Shown in pieces: positions 1 through 13,620 of a stretch of DNA of 64,000 nt. Numbering within the stretch: position 1 is the first letter of the stretch; each line of letters opens with the position of its first letter. Both the position numbers and the translations under genes were made by a program. Location of the stretch: the NCBI RefSeq assembly GCF_006345805.1, contig NC_043002.1:102610001-102674000 (forward strand), read 5' to 3'. The notes under the pieces were generated by a model. It did not search any database. It was not told where the DNA came from and saw only the letters and a program-made list of their open reading frames with translations. The stretch is from Octopus sinensis. Lineage: Eukaryota.

Positions 1-801
1 TATCTTCCTGAAAAGTAATAATGATAAACAACATGGAAATTGAGTAAAATAATTAAAATATGATTATTTCCATGAAAGTATTAAAGCAGATCTATTGTTT
101 ATATAATGTTTTCGCCGTTGCGTCATGCGGCATCTCATCATCTTAATGAATGATGACTGCATTGAGTGCTTCTAACTCTTTGCATATACATAGACTACAA
201 CAGAGACACGATCAAAAAATCGCAAATAAATACTTACATATAGATATATATATTTCTGTGTGTGTTTTTAAAGACACACACACACACACAGGAGCACAGA
301 TACACAGTTACACGCAACCCACGTAAACACATGTATACGTATGCAAAAAGAGTAGTTTGTGTGAGTTAAAATGTCGCCATTTACCACAGGCGCCTAGTGT
401 ATTCATAGTATTTATAATGCATCATTATATAAGAGAAAAATTGTTTATTTATTTATTATTCTTTTAGCACACATATTTAGCATGTCTGCAGCTTGTCAAA
501 ACAGTTTGTTACCAATCTATATTAGAAGTACTTCCTGGTTATTAAAATAACAGCACAGACTCCCAGCAGTGTAACGAAAACACGAAAGGTGAATGTCAAA
601 ACACCGTTTTTGTACATGATTGTATATTGGTATATAGATATATACACACACACATATATATGTGTGTGGGGGGTGGTAAATGAATACAAGCATATATATA
701 TGCTTGTATATATATATAGTGTAAATGTGCATGTGTATATATATCTTGCAAGACTGCAAGCCTACAAATATATCGTATATAGATACTTGCATAAGTATAT
801 C

Positions 802-832
<31 letters not shown>

Positions 833-862
833 CACACACACACACACAACATATATATATAT

Positions 863-910
<48 letters not shown>

Positions 911-918
911 ATATATAT

Positions 919-1014
919 AAGGAAAATAAGACAAGGTAGAAAATGGTAAAATAATTTTATTATGAAGTACATTTTAGTACCGGTTTCAGACTTTGCAACT
1001 TTTTCAACTTTGAG
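919..1014 (+). repeat. Left arm of a ~95-bp inverted repeat (probable PLE pseudo-LTR)
   Basis: GGAAAATAAG...CATTTTAGTACCGGTTTCAGACTTTGCAACTTTTTCAACTTTGAG is the reverse complement, with a few mismatches, of 2139-2236. The two arms bracket a PLE RT fragment. Confidence 0.85.
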
Positions 1015-1019
1015 TAAAT

Positions 1020-2135
1020 CATGAAAAACAATGCGTTTGGAGGATTAAATTCATTCTGGGGTCTCTTTTTAATAGGGGCATGTTCTGGAGGATGATGTCG
1101 AAGGCTTCATTTTTAAAAGGATGGTGCGTAGAGATATATGGTAAGACTTTTGGTTATAAATTCTTCTTTAGTTTGGGAAGTCTGAGTTAGTTAATGTAGA
1201 GTTGTAGGGCACGTTGAAAGCCTATATCAATTACTGATGGTGGGTAGTTCCTGCTAATAAGTGTATCTTTTGATTCATGTAGCCGTCTGTCCCCGGTGTT
1301 TGTACTTGAAATTATAGTACAAATCTTTTTTGCTAAGTTGAACGGGATATCCATTCTAGTATGTCTAGGGTGACATGAGTTGCTTTGAGTGTGTTACCTT
1401 ATAATATATATTTGTATTTCGTTGTTAGATTAAAGAGGATGTCGAGGAATGGAAGTTGTTGATGGCTATATTCCATCGTAAATTGATAGTTTATGCCAAG
1501 ACCATTTATAAGTGCTTGACATTCTTTAAGTCTCTCTATACTTTCATGCCAAAGAGTGAAACAGTCATCCAAATACCCTTTCCAGTTATTTTCTATATAG
1601 ATGGAGAATTGGTTGCCGTATTTTTCTAGCACATTACGATAAAGACTGATTTCTAGAAATCTTATGATTAGGTTAGCAAAGGTGGGTGGCATTCTCGCAC
1701 TCATTGTCCCCGATTTTTGTCGATAGAAGTTGTTTTGAAAATGAAGTAGTTATTCTCCATGATGAATTTTAGCCCTTCTATTACGAATTCTTTTTGATGT
1801 GATGTGGGAGTTCATTGGAATAACTCTCTCGCCAGAATTGAATTGCCTGTATTCATAGACTGCGGGGGATATTAGAATGGAGGTTGACTTAAATCAAAGG
1901 ATACTAGTAGGGTGTTTTGTTTATTGATTTAGGAATGTGATTGAACATATCTAGGCCGTTCCTTATGCAGCTTTTGACGTAATTAAGGAATGGCTTTTAG
2001 AGGGTATCTAAAACTTTACTGAGGCTGTGTATTTGGCATGCGGGATCTCCTTTTATAGGTCTTAATTTGAGGTCATTATGAATAGGGATCTTGATTATTA
2101 TGTCTGTGGCTATCTTGGATGAGTTTTTCAATACA
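1020..2135 (-). mobile_element. Decayed Penelope-like element reverse transcriptase fragment
   Basis: Minus-strand translation across frameshifts gives LLVSFD, FIMENNYFIF, FYRQKSGT-MSARMPPTFANL, WKGYLDDCF (YxDD), FTMEYSHQQLPFLD and thumb SCHPRHTRMDIPFNLAKKICTI. This motif order is typical of PLE RTs. Stops and frameshifts are present. Confidence 0.85.
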
Positions 2136-2138
2136 ATA

Positions 2139-2236
2139 CTCTAAGTTGAAAAAGTTGCAAAGTCTGAAACCGGTACTAAAATGGTCTTCATGATACAATT
2201 ATTGTAGCATTTATTTTATCTTGCTTTATTTTCCTT
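2139..2236 (-). repeat. Right arm of the ~95-bp inverted repeat (probable PLE pseudo-LTR)
   Basis: CTCTAAGTTGAAAAAGTTGCAAAGTCTGAAACCGGTACTAAAATGG...TTTATTTTCCTT is the inverted copy of 919-1014. Confidence 0.85.
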
Positions 2237-2274
2237 ATACATATCAACTCGTGTATTCCTTTTCAAATTTCTAG

Positions 2275-2322
<48 letters not shown>

Positions 2323-3089
2323 GTACGTATGTGTGTATATGTATATATATGTATGGTATGTATATATATATATATATATATGTATAAGTACATATACACA
2401 TATATAAACATGCATAAGTGCATACATTCATACACGTACTTGTTTACAGAACACACGCATATATACAGACAAACACACATATTGCTCCCTTTTTACTTCA
2501 TCATCAATTGATATATATTCATGTTGTGCTAAATGTACAAATTATTAGCCAACACATACATAGAATTACAAAGTGGGACCAAAATCTTCCTGCGTTCTTC
2601 CAGCGGTCACTGAAGTTGGAATTGATCCTTGGAAATCATTTGTTCATTGGCTAGCTACCACCAAAGTGGTATTATCAGTACTGTTGTTGGGTGTCACCGA
2701 TGCTATATGAGGTCGTATTAGTAGTAATATGCCGATTAGCATGAAGGTTGATATTATTGAATAGGGTGGCATTTCAAAGGATTGTATTATTGTGGTGGGA
2801 TGGTGTTCTGAAGGGTTATATCGAAGGCTCTAACATCACGCAAATCTCCCCTTCTCAAATTTTATTCTGGTTAGAGATAGCAGTTTTTCGAAGCTACATA
2901 TTGGCGGGAATTGCTCGAAATGTGGAGTAAATAAGCAGCCGACAAGTGATGAATGGGCGTTCTTTATGTTACTCGTCTTGCTTTCCATTTGTTTCTCTCG
3001 ATGTTCGCATGCCCAGGTTTGCCTTTGGGTTTCCTGTTTTCGTATTTCCTAACCCATGTCGTTTTCTTATTTCATGTTTACGTTTTGTA

Positions 3090-3257
3090 CATACATATAT
3101 ACATATATACATACATGTATATATACGTACATACATACATATATACATACGTACATACATACATACATACATATATACATACGTACATACATACATACAT
3201 ATATACATACGTACATACATACATACATATATATATATACATATATACATACGTACG

Positions 3258-3319
<62 letters not shown>

Positions 3320-3320
3320 T
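3090..3320. repeat. (TACA)n/(TA)n compound microsatellite
   Basis: Visible tandem TACA/TA units; explains the overlapping YI/HT ORFs. Confidence 0.95.
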
Positions 3321-3886
3321 ATACTCAACTTGAAATATATATATACCACATAACAGGAATATAGTTATTTAGAGAGGAATTTTAGATTATTCCATGCCGG
3401 CATATACTCATGTATATACATATTTACTTGTGGATTGGCCTTCGTAAGTGTTTAAGCATACATTGTTTCGAATTTTCGAATTTGTTATGGAAATTTTGCA
3501 AGTTGAGATGTTCTTGAAGTTTTGTACTTATATTAGAAATATATATCTCGTCTTATTGGTCAATAAAAGGAAAGCCATCGAAAAATTTGATCTGAAGTCA
3601 CTCCGACATCTTTTATTTAATTTGTTGTTATGAATTTACCCTTTTGTTGAGTTCAACCATAATTGATTTATATTTACAATGATTTAGCATAGAATTGTTT
3701 GTAAAAACTATGAGATAATGCAGTTGATATTTAATCATGACGAATAATGTATGATGTCTTTTATTGTTCTGTTTTCGCGACAAACCAAGTTCCCCGCCAA
3801 CACATTTTATCAAATAAAGCAATAGAATGGGAATGAATACAATTTTCTAAGAAACAAATAATAGTTTTGTATTTTTTTATTTTTAG

Positions 3887-3927
3887 TTTTGATTGGCAAA
3901 ACCGAACATAAATTTGGTGCATACAGA
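3887..3927 (+). CDS. Possible 41-nt micro-exon (unknown protein)
   Basis: Strong acceptor TTTTTATTTTTAG and donor AGA|GTGAGT. Only one frame is open (xTT-LIGKTEHKFGAYR). No partner exon was identified. Confidence 0.2.
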
Positions 3928-6254
3928 GTGAGTCAGAGCTGTTGGCTGCAGGCTATTATTTCACTTTAACAAGGATGAAGCGTTCTATCAACGAACGTGA
4001 GATTGGCAGGAAAATATTATTATTTCATTCTATTCTATGGTTTCCATAGAAACATTTGCTTTCTCATCTAACGCACAAGACAGATTGACCTTCAACACAC
4101 TTGAATATCTTTACAAACACTGATGCCACAACATTGCAGGAAGTTGGTATTGTACTGTTTGGTACTGTTATCAATGCGTTTGTCGAGCGAATGGAGGCTT
4201 AAATACATTTAGTTATCGCAAAAAGAACTCTTGCAACATATAGATATAACAGCATTCCATTATATTGGAATCAGCTAACCATCTTCGACGAAAGAATAAT
4301 CAAATAAAGATTCCCAGAACAAATTTTCCTCACATATAGAGATGTACACACAAGCACTATACATACATGCAAACACACACACACATACGCACACATATAT
4401 GCATACATATTTACCTACATGCACAGATCTATCTATGTGGGATGTGGGCTACGTGTGTAATGATACAGTTCGTCATGGATAATACATTGTAACGCAAGGT
4501 TTCCTGGTTTGTTTACACCAAACAATCATGAGAAGGTTAAGCATAACCTGTTACTAAAGTGTCCATGACAAATACTTATTCATACGCAGAACATTCGGAG
4601 ATTTTATCCATGCTGTAAATAAACTATATACATGAGTGATTCCTGATATACAAAATATTTTAAGGCAAAAAAATTTCCTAAGATATTTCGAGGTATTTAA
4701 AAAAAGGGTCTTAAAAAATAATACAACTATATGAAGCAAAAGATTAAGAATTATATGGAAGTTCATTGATTAGATTATCAACAAGCGATTACATAGTATC
4801 GAAAATGTAGATAAATGAATAATGAAGGGTTTTTTTCTATGGATTGAAAATTGCCAAAACATAAATGGTACTACAAAGTAAACAAATGCTCGCCAAAATA
4901 GAAGGGTCGAGAACCATTTTAATCTGATGTGGGTGGCATATGCTGTGTAATTCTTTTTGTTTTTGTTAAGTACCCTATTACATTTCCATACAATTACTAA
5001 ATTAAATCATTAAGGATTTTAAGATGTAGAAAATACAGTATATTCGTAATTATAACGCTTGTCAAGTGTCAATTAAAAAGCATCTCGACAACCAGCTGCT
5101 AAATATCATTATTGCTCAAAACCGTGGAAATACAAGTTTTGAGACTCACACTAAGTATTGAACAAAAAATAAAATGTAGTAGCAATAAACTTCAATTGGA
5201 CAAGTGATTTCATTCTCAGCTCTAAACTGCTTCAGGTTACACTTAAGTGCCATTTGGAGAATATTGCTTGCTTCAAACTTAAATGCAGATTAAGCATTTT
5301 CGTATAAACACGAAACCTGTTCAATCAATAAATAAAACAAACTTGTAGCTAATACTAACGTTAGAGTAAGGAGTTAATCAATCTCGATCAATAGAATAAT
5401 AATATAATAATTATCAGATTATAGTTAACATACAAAATAAAATCCAACTTTATTCACATCATTATTAACGATTACATCTGGCGACATGTTCAAAAGAAAT
5501 GACCATAAACTTCAAAAACATGGAAGTGACCGTAGTGGTTCATTATTTTTTTTCGCATAAAAACATATTTTGTAATCTAAATAAACGGTGCTGTAAATTA
5601 AGACTGCAACTTTACTTTATCCTAATTTTTTGGTAAAAAAACACTTTCCTTATTCATTTTGAGCTCCGGCTTTAAGTTTAAAAAATATTCTGAGGGAACA
5701 TAGATGAGACGGCTGTGGTCCTCTCACTGGTGTGTCTTATTTTGAAGATGAAAATAATAAATTTGTATCAAGAAACATCGACTCGAATTTTCCTTTGGGT
5801 TCGAGATTTTCTGACACACTTGACCAGTTGATTAGATAATTTTGTTTAAACGACCCAAACAAAGATGGCCAATGTTTATAATGCAGCATACAACGTGTTT
5901 TAGACCTATATTGAATAGCAACCACAATTGAAACCAAAGAACGAATTCCAATCTAGACAAGAATTTCTTAATATGTAGGTCGAAGAATTCTTTAGATATG
6001 CAGAACCTGAAGAAATAATTACAGTATCAAAAATAGGAAAGAAACAGGTAACTCACGAGGATTTTAACTTGATTTGTCCTCCAGAAAAAAGATAGAGAGT
6101 ATAATTAGATGTGAAAAACGGCAGATTATTGCATGTGTGATCCACAGGTGTAACAGCTTTGCGCTTGAAATGAGATCATCTTTTAAATGTTGTCTAGGGT
6201 TAAACTGAGGTATATCAACAATTGGCTTTAAACAAAAATACATCAACCTCAGGC

Positions 6255-6297
<43 letters not shown>

Positions 6298-7577
6298 ATA
6301 AAATAATTCACATGTTCTAGTATTATTGCGATATTATAATCCTGCTTTTAAAATCCAATACAATACGTTAGAGTACTGCCAAAAATTGAGTTACAGTCCT
6401 CAAACATGAGTAATATATTAAAGAAAAATAGTAGTACAATAAAACTTAAATATCTCTGGAGACTAAATGTCATATATGAATTCTTCACCATTTCTTTCTA
6501 TTTGGGTAAAAACATTTTACACTCCAGAATAATTAAAAGGTTCAGAACTTAATTTCTGTGTGTAGATTCACACTATTCGCCTATCTTCTCTGTTTCAATA
6601 GACAACAGCGACTTCCAAATTTTCTACTTGGAATTTCCATACACATTTTCATATTGTTATTTATTTCATCCCTATCGTAGTTACATTTCTTTTCACATCT
6701 TTCCCTTTGCTATTATAGTAATTCAGTTGGTAACATGTCTGCTATTTAAAATACAGAAGAGCATACACTAATTGTAATAATATTTGGAATTTGATATTTT
6801 ATTACAGTTTTCTATAAACACGCCAAAATCAACATTCATTCGACATTAACAATAACATTGTCTATAATTGGATATATAAATATATGTACGTATGCATGAT
6901 TGCATCTGTGTAAGTATGTGTGTATGTATGAGTATCAGGTACTTCTGTTTCTCTCTGATTTGCCAAAGTGCAAATGTACGCTGACATATACAAGCCGACA
7001 CCGCTTTGGCCACTTGATAAGATCGATAATTAATTTAACGATCTTATACTTAATTATATAAATTTATATTTATTTCGTCATTATATTTACTGCGATTTAT
7101 ATTTTGACCATATCGCACGAGGAGTTATAGGCGGGCAATTTAAACTGGTCGTGTGCATACTCGCATATATATGTATGTATACGTTCGTATATGTAAGTAT
7201 TCGTATATTATACGTGTATATTTATATAGATGTGTGTGTGTGTGTGTATTTATATTACTATCTGAGTATATTCCACTGATGAGGCAAAGCATTTGTTATG
7301 CAAAGTCATAAATCCGGTATCTGGAATTATCCAGTAAATGTTTTTTGCTAGTTTATCTTGTCCTTTTGTCTTCTCTCCTAGTGGTCTATGAACATTTAAT
7401 GTGATTTTAGAGTCAAGTTTTGACTGCTATTTCTATCGTGGAGGTATCTCTTAAATACCCTAAATTATTATTTTAATAATAAATATTACCTTTGAAGTTC
7501 TTTATTCCCATGCTGGCTACTTCATAAGATCGATAATTAATTAACGATCTTATCCTTGTATATGTATATGTATATAT

Positions 7578-7662
<85 letters not shown>

Positions 7663-8190
7663 GGGTTGACCAGAATCATCCGGCAGTAAATGAAAATTCC
7701 AAAAATACTATATGTTATTTCGTATCTGCATTGACTCAAATGAGAAAATGTGGTCGTTCAGGAAGAAATTCAGTTTGAACAAGTTTGATGATATTTCATG
7801 TTTAGATGTTTCTATCAAATGTATTCACTTGTTAGACACGAATAAATCCTGGAGTTAAATAGTGTTGATTTGCTGTCAGGTGAAGTTTGACCAAACCTGC
7901 ATATATATATATATATATAAATTACTTGCAAGTGGATACGACAAAACCTTGTTAAGTTGACCGTGTCAACAAGGTGATGGAACGTTAGAATTTTATAGAA
8001 AGGAGCTAGTGCCTATTAGTATTGGAAACTTGTCGTTCATAAAATCCTCCTTAGTGAAAACATTTCGGAAAGGTAGACAGATGCATTCATATATAGATAA
8101 ATAGACAGAGATAGAGTGACAGAGAGGCAGGATGGGCATTTATATATATGTAAATATATATTCACATATGATATATATATATATATATAT

Positions 8191-8243
<53 letters not shown>

Positions 8244-8589
8244 ATATATATGTATGTATATGTATAAATGTAATGTTTCTAAATTTGGGTATAAACCGCG
8301 TAGTATGTTGTTTAAAGCCCGTTCGATGTAAGCACAGCTTCCCTCCTCTCTATCTTCTGACACGCATAGACATAACAAGTATACGTGTGTCAACGTACAG
8401 TCTTTCAAGCAAGCAGTATAATGTCAGTCGTTGCTTATGGTGGTATGTACAAATGAGCGGAACTTTACATACATAAGATACAATTTTGATATCATGCCTA
8501 TTATATTGTCTTGAAACAAACATCTGCCTCACGACGGATGTCTGACTAAACTAGAAATGCTAATAAGCGAATATATTTTTATGTGCGTA

Positions 8590-8745
8590 TGTCTATATAT
8601 AAATTATATATGTCTATATATAAATCTATATCAATAATATATATATATATATAAATTATATATGTCTATATATAAATCTATATCAATAATATATATATAT
8701 AAATTATATATGGCTATATATGAATTTCTATCAATTATATATATA
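8590..8745. repeat. AT-rich minisatellite, ~55-bp unit, about 2.5 copies
   Basis: ATATATAAATTATATATGTCTATATATAAATCTATATCAATAATATATAT is repeated in tandem. Confidence 0.8.
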
Positions 8746-9473
8746 AATTTTTGCTTCGTTAAAATCTAAAGGTAGCTTAGTGTCAATTTGAATGTCCGAT
8801 TTTGTCTTTCCTTCTGTCTTGGGTTGTTTTATTTTTTGCTTGTTTTAAGCATTTTACATCATCAGTGTAAAGTATTTTATTTGATTGATTGGTTTATATT
8901 AATTTCAGATTCTTTTGATTTTTGTAAGTCACTTTGGTGCATATGCGAGAAGTGTTCTTCATTATAAACCAAGTTTCACGTGTATACAAGTTGCGTGCTA
9001 CAACCACTAAAATGTATTCTAATCGAAATGAATTAAACGGAAATGAAAAAGTGACGTACCGTTCTGACATATCACCTGGCGAAATACAACCGCACCTATG
9101 ATGCCCCACAATGGTTTGTACAGTATTTCACCCGAGCGGCACCAATGCATGATAGGTCGAAACGATCGTAGTCAATAATAGTCTCGTGAATTGCATTCTC
9201 TTTCATATTATATATATATATATAATCAAACTAGGCAACAAGGATATTCAAATGTAATGCAGGACTATCATTTCATGCGATTTCGTTTAATTAAACGATG
9301 CAAGTATTACATCAGTTTTAAAATGTAGAGCAATCTTCAGCTGCAGGAACGAAACGTGAAAGGCTTTCTCACTTCCTGAGCGTTAAGCTAATACATCTGT
9401 TCGTTGTTTACACGCTCGTCTTCGTCTTTTTATTTTGCAAATTCTCATTATATATATATATACACATATATAT

Positions 9474-9524
<51 letters not shown>

Positions 9525-9527
9525 TAT

Positions 9528-9600
<73 letters not shown>

Positions 9601-12182
9601 TACACACACACATATATATATATATATATACATACATACATACGTGCATACGCATCCACTTCCAGGTAAGTTTTACCTATATATTCATACTCGCGCGTGC
9701 ACATATGTAAATAGATGTATTCTCATATACATATACAGTGACATATTCTCAAATATGTTTGTTTGTTTTGCAGGGCCATTTTGAATTCTCGCCTTGAAGG
9801 GATTAGTCGAAAATATCAACCTCACTACTTAGTTTTTAAAATGTGGTAGTTAATCTATCACTTGCCTGTTATCTGAGCGCTTCATTACTTGGACGTAAAC
9901 AAACCAACTAGTTGTGAAGTCGTAGAGTGTTAAACATAAACACAAAATCACACACACTAAGACACGTACACACACATGATATATACAAAGGTCTTCCATA
10001 CTGTTTCTGTCTACCAGATTCACTCCTAAGGCATCGTTCGGCAGGTGACGGTGAGACAAAGCTGACCTTTAGATGTGAAGATGCCTTTGCACCTCGCTTT
10101 CTCCTCCTCCAGCACTCGGAATTTTATGTAGATTTGTTTACATTAACGTGACTGAGCAGCTCGACAAAAGCGATGGGCGTTTTGGGATTGAGTTGTTTGA
10201 CTAAAACGTAAAAGGTGGCGCCACAATTTGGCCACAGTCCTATAAAACAAGTAAAAGAATATACATATTGCATGTGCTTGTGTGTGAGTGTGTGTGTGTG
10301 TGTGTGGGAGCACGCGTGTGCGCGTGTGTATTCCCACACAAAAATCCAAAAACACACGTATGTTTGGTATCACAAAAATGGAAAAATTAAGGCAATACAT
10401 ATGTATGAGTACGTTCTTATTTGCTGCGGTTGTGGGGTCTTTTTTGTATTTTACTTTATCTAGAGGACAATAATAAGCTCAGTAAAATTTATTTTTCAGT
10501 ATTTATTGTTGCATTAAACTGCAAGTAGAGACAATTTTATCTAAGTTTCCAAGAGAATTTGTTACAGTGGTAGAATTCAATGAAATATAACGAAATTTCT
10601 TTTCATATCTTTCAGATGAAAAGGTAAGAAGGGGAAATAATTTGACATGGTTTTGTTTAAGAAGTCAAACAGCTACATTCTATTCACAGAATAAATGTAT
10701 AGATTATACTATTTATAGCTATTCAACTTACGAGTTTCAATAATTGAATTAAATTGATTTGCATAGATAATACTTTACTAGCCGTTAATTCAATTAATTA
10801 ATTGTTACTGAGGAAGACATGTCCACAGAGAAATAATTTATATTTGTGCAGCTTTCGAAGCCTCAAAACTGCAAAACATTAAGTTCAGTTTAATATGCAT
10901 TTAAAGTAATTCGTACATGCTGTTTAAAGTAATAAAATATGTGTGTGCTTGTGCACGTATGCGCGTAATTGTGCCTGTGTATGAGTGTATGTGTGTGCGT
11001 ATTTATGTGTGTGTGCTTCATATAATGTGCAGGTCGCGTTTCAAAATATAGTCCAAGTTAATCCGAATGTCCCTGTAGACAACATGGACATTTATGATTA
11101 AAAAAAAAATGCATAAGAAAGTTGTGTATTTCTATTTATTTAATCATTTCATTCATACAATATTTCATCCCAAATATAGAAGAGAGAGAGGAGGAAAAAA
11201 ATCGCATCTGACAGGTGTATTGTTGTCTGTAGAAATCTAATTTCCTTTTGCAACAAACAACTTGCTCTGTGAATGGCATCAACATTTTTTAATATCCGAA
11301 CATAGAAGAGAAAAAAAAACTTAAATATGATGTATTATGAATGGAATATTAGATCATATGCATTGAAACCAATATTCCTATAGAAATTTGTAGATAAATT
11401 AAATATATAACTAACATGTGATAGATAAATTAAATATCTAACACCTAACTAAAATTAATAAGAAATGAGTTTCCTAATTAATCAATAAATATCAACCACT
11501 TGTATTATATTATTTTTATGTTGCATTCATTACATTATATTAGAGTATATTATATTAATCATATTTCACTACTCTCTGCCGTGTTATGCTACATTATATT
11601 AACTTTCGTGTATACTGGTGTCAAGATGTATTATTAGCTCGTTTACACTCATCCACTTGCTAACCCATAACACCTTGATATAAATAGGTACCATGAGGTG
11701 GTTCTTCACTACACAATTCTATATTAAAATGCTATCAAGCTGATTACTATCGGAAAGAGAACTGTCAACTCTTACGATAATGTATATAAGACTGACTGCA
11801 TACGTCTAATAAACAGTGTATGCTTATAAGAATTATTAATTATTAAATGCACACGGGATTGCTTCATGTATTTCGATACAGATTGTGCCTACGTACCTGG
11901 TTGTGTCTCTCGACGTTTGCTACACACATATTCATTAGAATTTTTTGTCTCACGGTGTCAGATAAATACAGACAAAAAATCAACTCGATAGGGACCTGCA
12001 TCAGTTGATCAAGACACCAGCAGGAAGACATCAACGTTGCCAGTAAGACAAAGAATATGTGAGAAAAGTCATCGTATAGAAACGAACCAAAATAACATGT
12101 TGTTTAGGCAAGCTTCGGAGACGATTTTGAAGGCCTATCTAGATGTCAGTAGGGACGGATATGTTGGTCAATTAGAATACAT

Positions 12183-12365
12183 AAGGCGGAAAGTTTGTAG
12201 AACAGTTAGCGCACAGGACAAAATGCTCAGCGGTATTTCGGCCACCTCAAGTTCTGAGTTCAAATTCCGCCAGTGTCAACATTACCTTTCATCTTTTCGG
12301 GGTCGATGAAATAAGTACCATTTACGCTCTGGGGTCGCTGTAATCGACTTGTAACATCCTACAAA
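12183..12365 (+). mobile_element. tRNA-derived SINE, family A (Nin-type core GCCTTTCATCCTTTCGGGGTCGATAAAT)
   Basis: Shares TTCTGAGTTCAAATTCCGCC...TTTCATC.TTTCGGGGTCGAT.AAATAAGTACCA with copies at 15115, 24520, 32320, 33618, 34570 and 39462. Confidence 0.8.
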
Positions 12366-12804
12366 ATTTCAGACCTTGTGTCTATAGTAGAAAGCCTGGC
12401 ACGCTGTCAAGCGCTCACAGCCATCTGCCAGTCGGGTAATGGTATAGGTGGCTGTTCTGCATTAGAAATTTATAGAGGATTAGTAGCGGGGAAGTGCAAT
12501 GTCGTTCCCGGGGAGACTTTGGGTGCCGACGAGAACGAACTGGCTAGTCAGTTCCGGAGGACCTTCCGGCCGGGAACGTTAATGGTTAATTTCCAGATGT
12601 CCTTCGTCTGGCAGTGCTACCGTTCAGTGTCCAGCCATTGCTGACTTGTGGGGTTATGCCGAACAACTGTTGTCACTTGTGGGACGGATCCGTCTGCCAG
12701 CCGAGTCTGTAGTGATGATTACACCGCCGTTCTCTTTCATCGGTCTGGCAAGGCAGCTTTCCTTTGTCTGGTGGCGGTAGCGAAAGAGGTTGTTTGGTGG
12801 ACAA

Positions 12805-12963
12805 CTGGTTAAGGTCAAACAACTGACGAGTAACTCTGTGGTATTGAGCAGAATATTTGCTGTAGCCCATCTTTTATACCAACACAAAACGATGTACATG
12901 ATAACTCTTCCAATCAGTTAAAATCAGAAGCCACGAAAGCCACTGCATGGTACTGCATCAGGG

Positions 12964-12965
<2 letters not shown>
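12805..12965 (-). repeat. Second (partial) copy of the 5' part of a (TAA)n-associated repeat
   Basis: ~165-bp direct repeat of 13388-13551 (CAACTGGTTAAGGTCAAACAACTGAC...GGTACTGCATCAGGGC). Confidence 0.85.
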
Positions 12966-12994
<29 letters not shown>

Positions 12995-13551
12995 GAGTGA
13001 GAGAGCAGTGCATGCCATCAAAGTGACACTGGGGTAAAATATACGAAGCCCAGTATACCCATCATGACTACCCGTCTGATATGGGTACACCAGGCACATG
13101 CATCACAACCATATGTGCACGACATGGTGATCTCATATCAAAATAAACAGCACATGACCTTGCAGGTGGGGCCCAGTTAGAATTTTCTTCAAGTCGAGTA
13201 ACCCATCCCATTCGAAAGGGCCCTGGATAAGGGTTGTTTAAGGATGTTGAACGAAACACCCATGTTTCCAGAGGTGAATTATTCAAACCCCAAAGAATCC
13301 CTCTCAACACATGGCTATGATGCTCCCCCACTACTTCTGCTCGTGATCAGAGATGCAAATATCGTCAGCCACGAAGGGACATGCTCAACTGGTTAAAGTC
13401 AAACAACTGACAAGCAAATATGTGGTATTGAGCAGAATATTTGCTGTAGCCCATCTTTCATACCAAGACAAGACAATGTACATGATAACACTTCCAATCA
13501 GTTAAGATCAGAAGCCATGAAAGCCACTGCCTGGTACTGCATCAGGACATT
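12966..13551 (-). mobile_element. ~590-bp non-coding interspersed repeat ending in an (AAT)n tail
   Basis: Minus strand starts GTCCTGATGCAGTACCAGGCAGTGG directly after an (AAT)n tract and ends CTCTCTCACTC(AAT)n. It has no coding motif and looks like a non-autonomous retroelement. Confidence 0.6.
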
Positions 13552-13572
13552 TTATTATTATTATTATTATTA

Positions 13573-13620
<48 letters not shown>

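Noticed and set aside
517-972. YI/CV/HT-rich ORFs here and at 2216-3364, 9383-9784, 29452-30728, 47385-47717, 59161-59500 and 62739-63807
   Set aside because: Translations of (TA)n, (CA)n and (TACA)n microsatellites.
7272-7310. CTGATGAG as a hammerhead core; also GAAACGATCGTA at ~9159
   Set aside because: The first lacks a matching GAAA and stem III; the second lacks a CUGANGA. At most these are decayed remnants.
9774-9850. Apparent + strand exon AILNSRLEGISRKYQPHYL after TTGTTTTGCAG
   Set aside because: Matches a SINE family B segment (GGCCAT...CGCCTTGAAGGG.TTAGTCGAA).
10124-10239. Apparent minus-strand terminal exon GLWPNCGATFYVLVKQLNPKTPIAFVELL...
   Set aside because: The acceptor and first codons are a decayed SINE family B tail (TTTTACTTGTTT...GACTGTGGCC...CACCTT).
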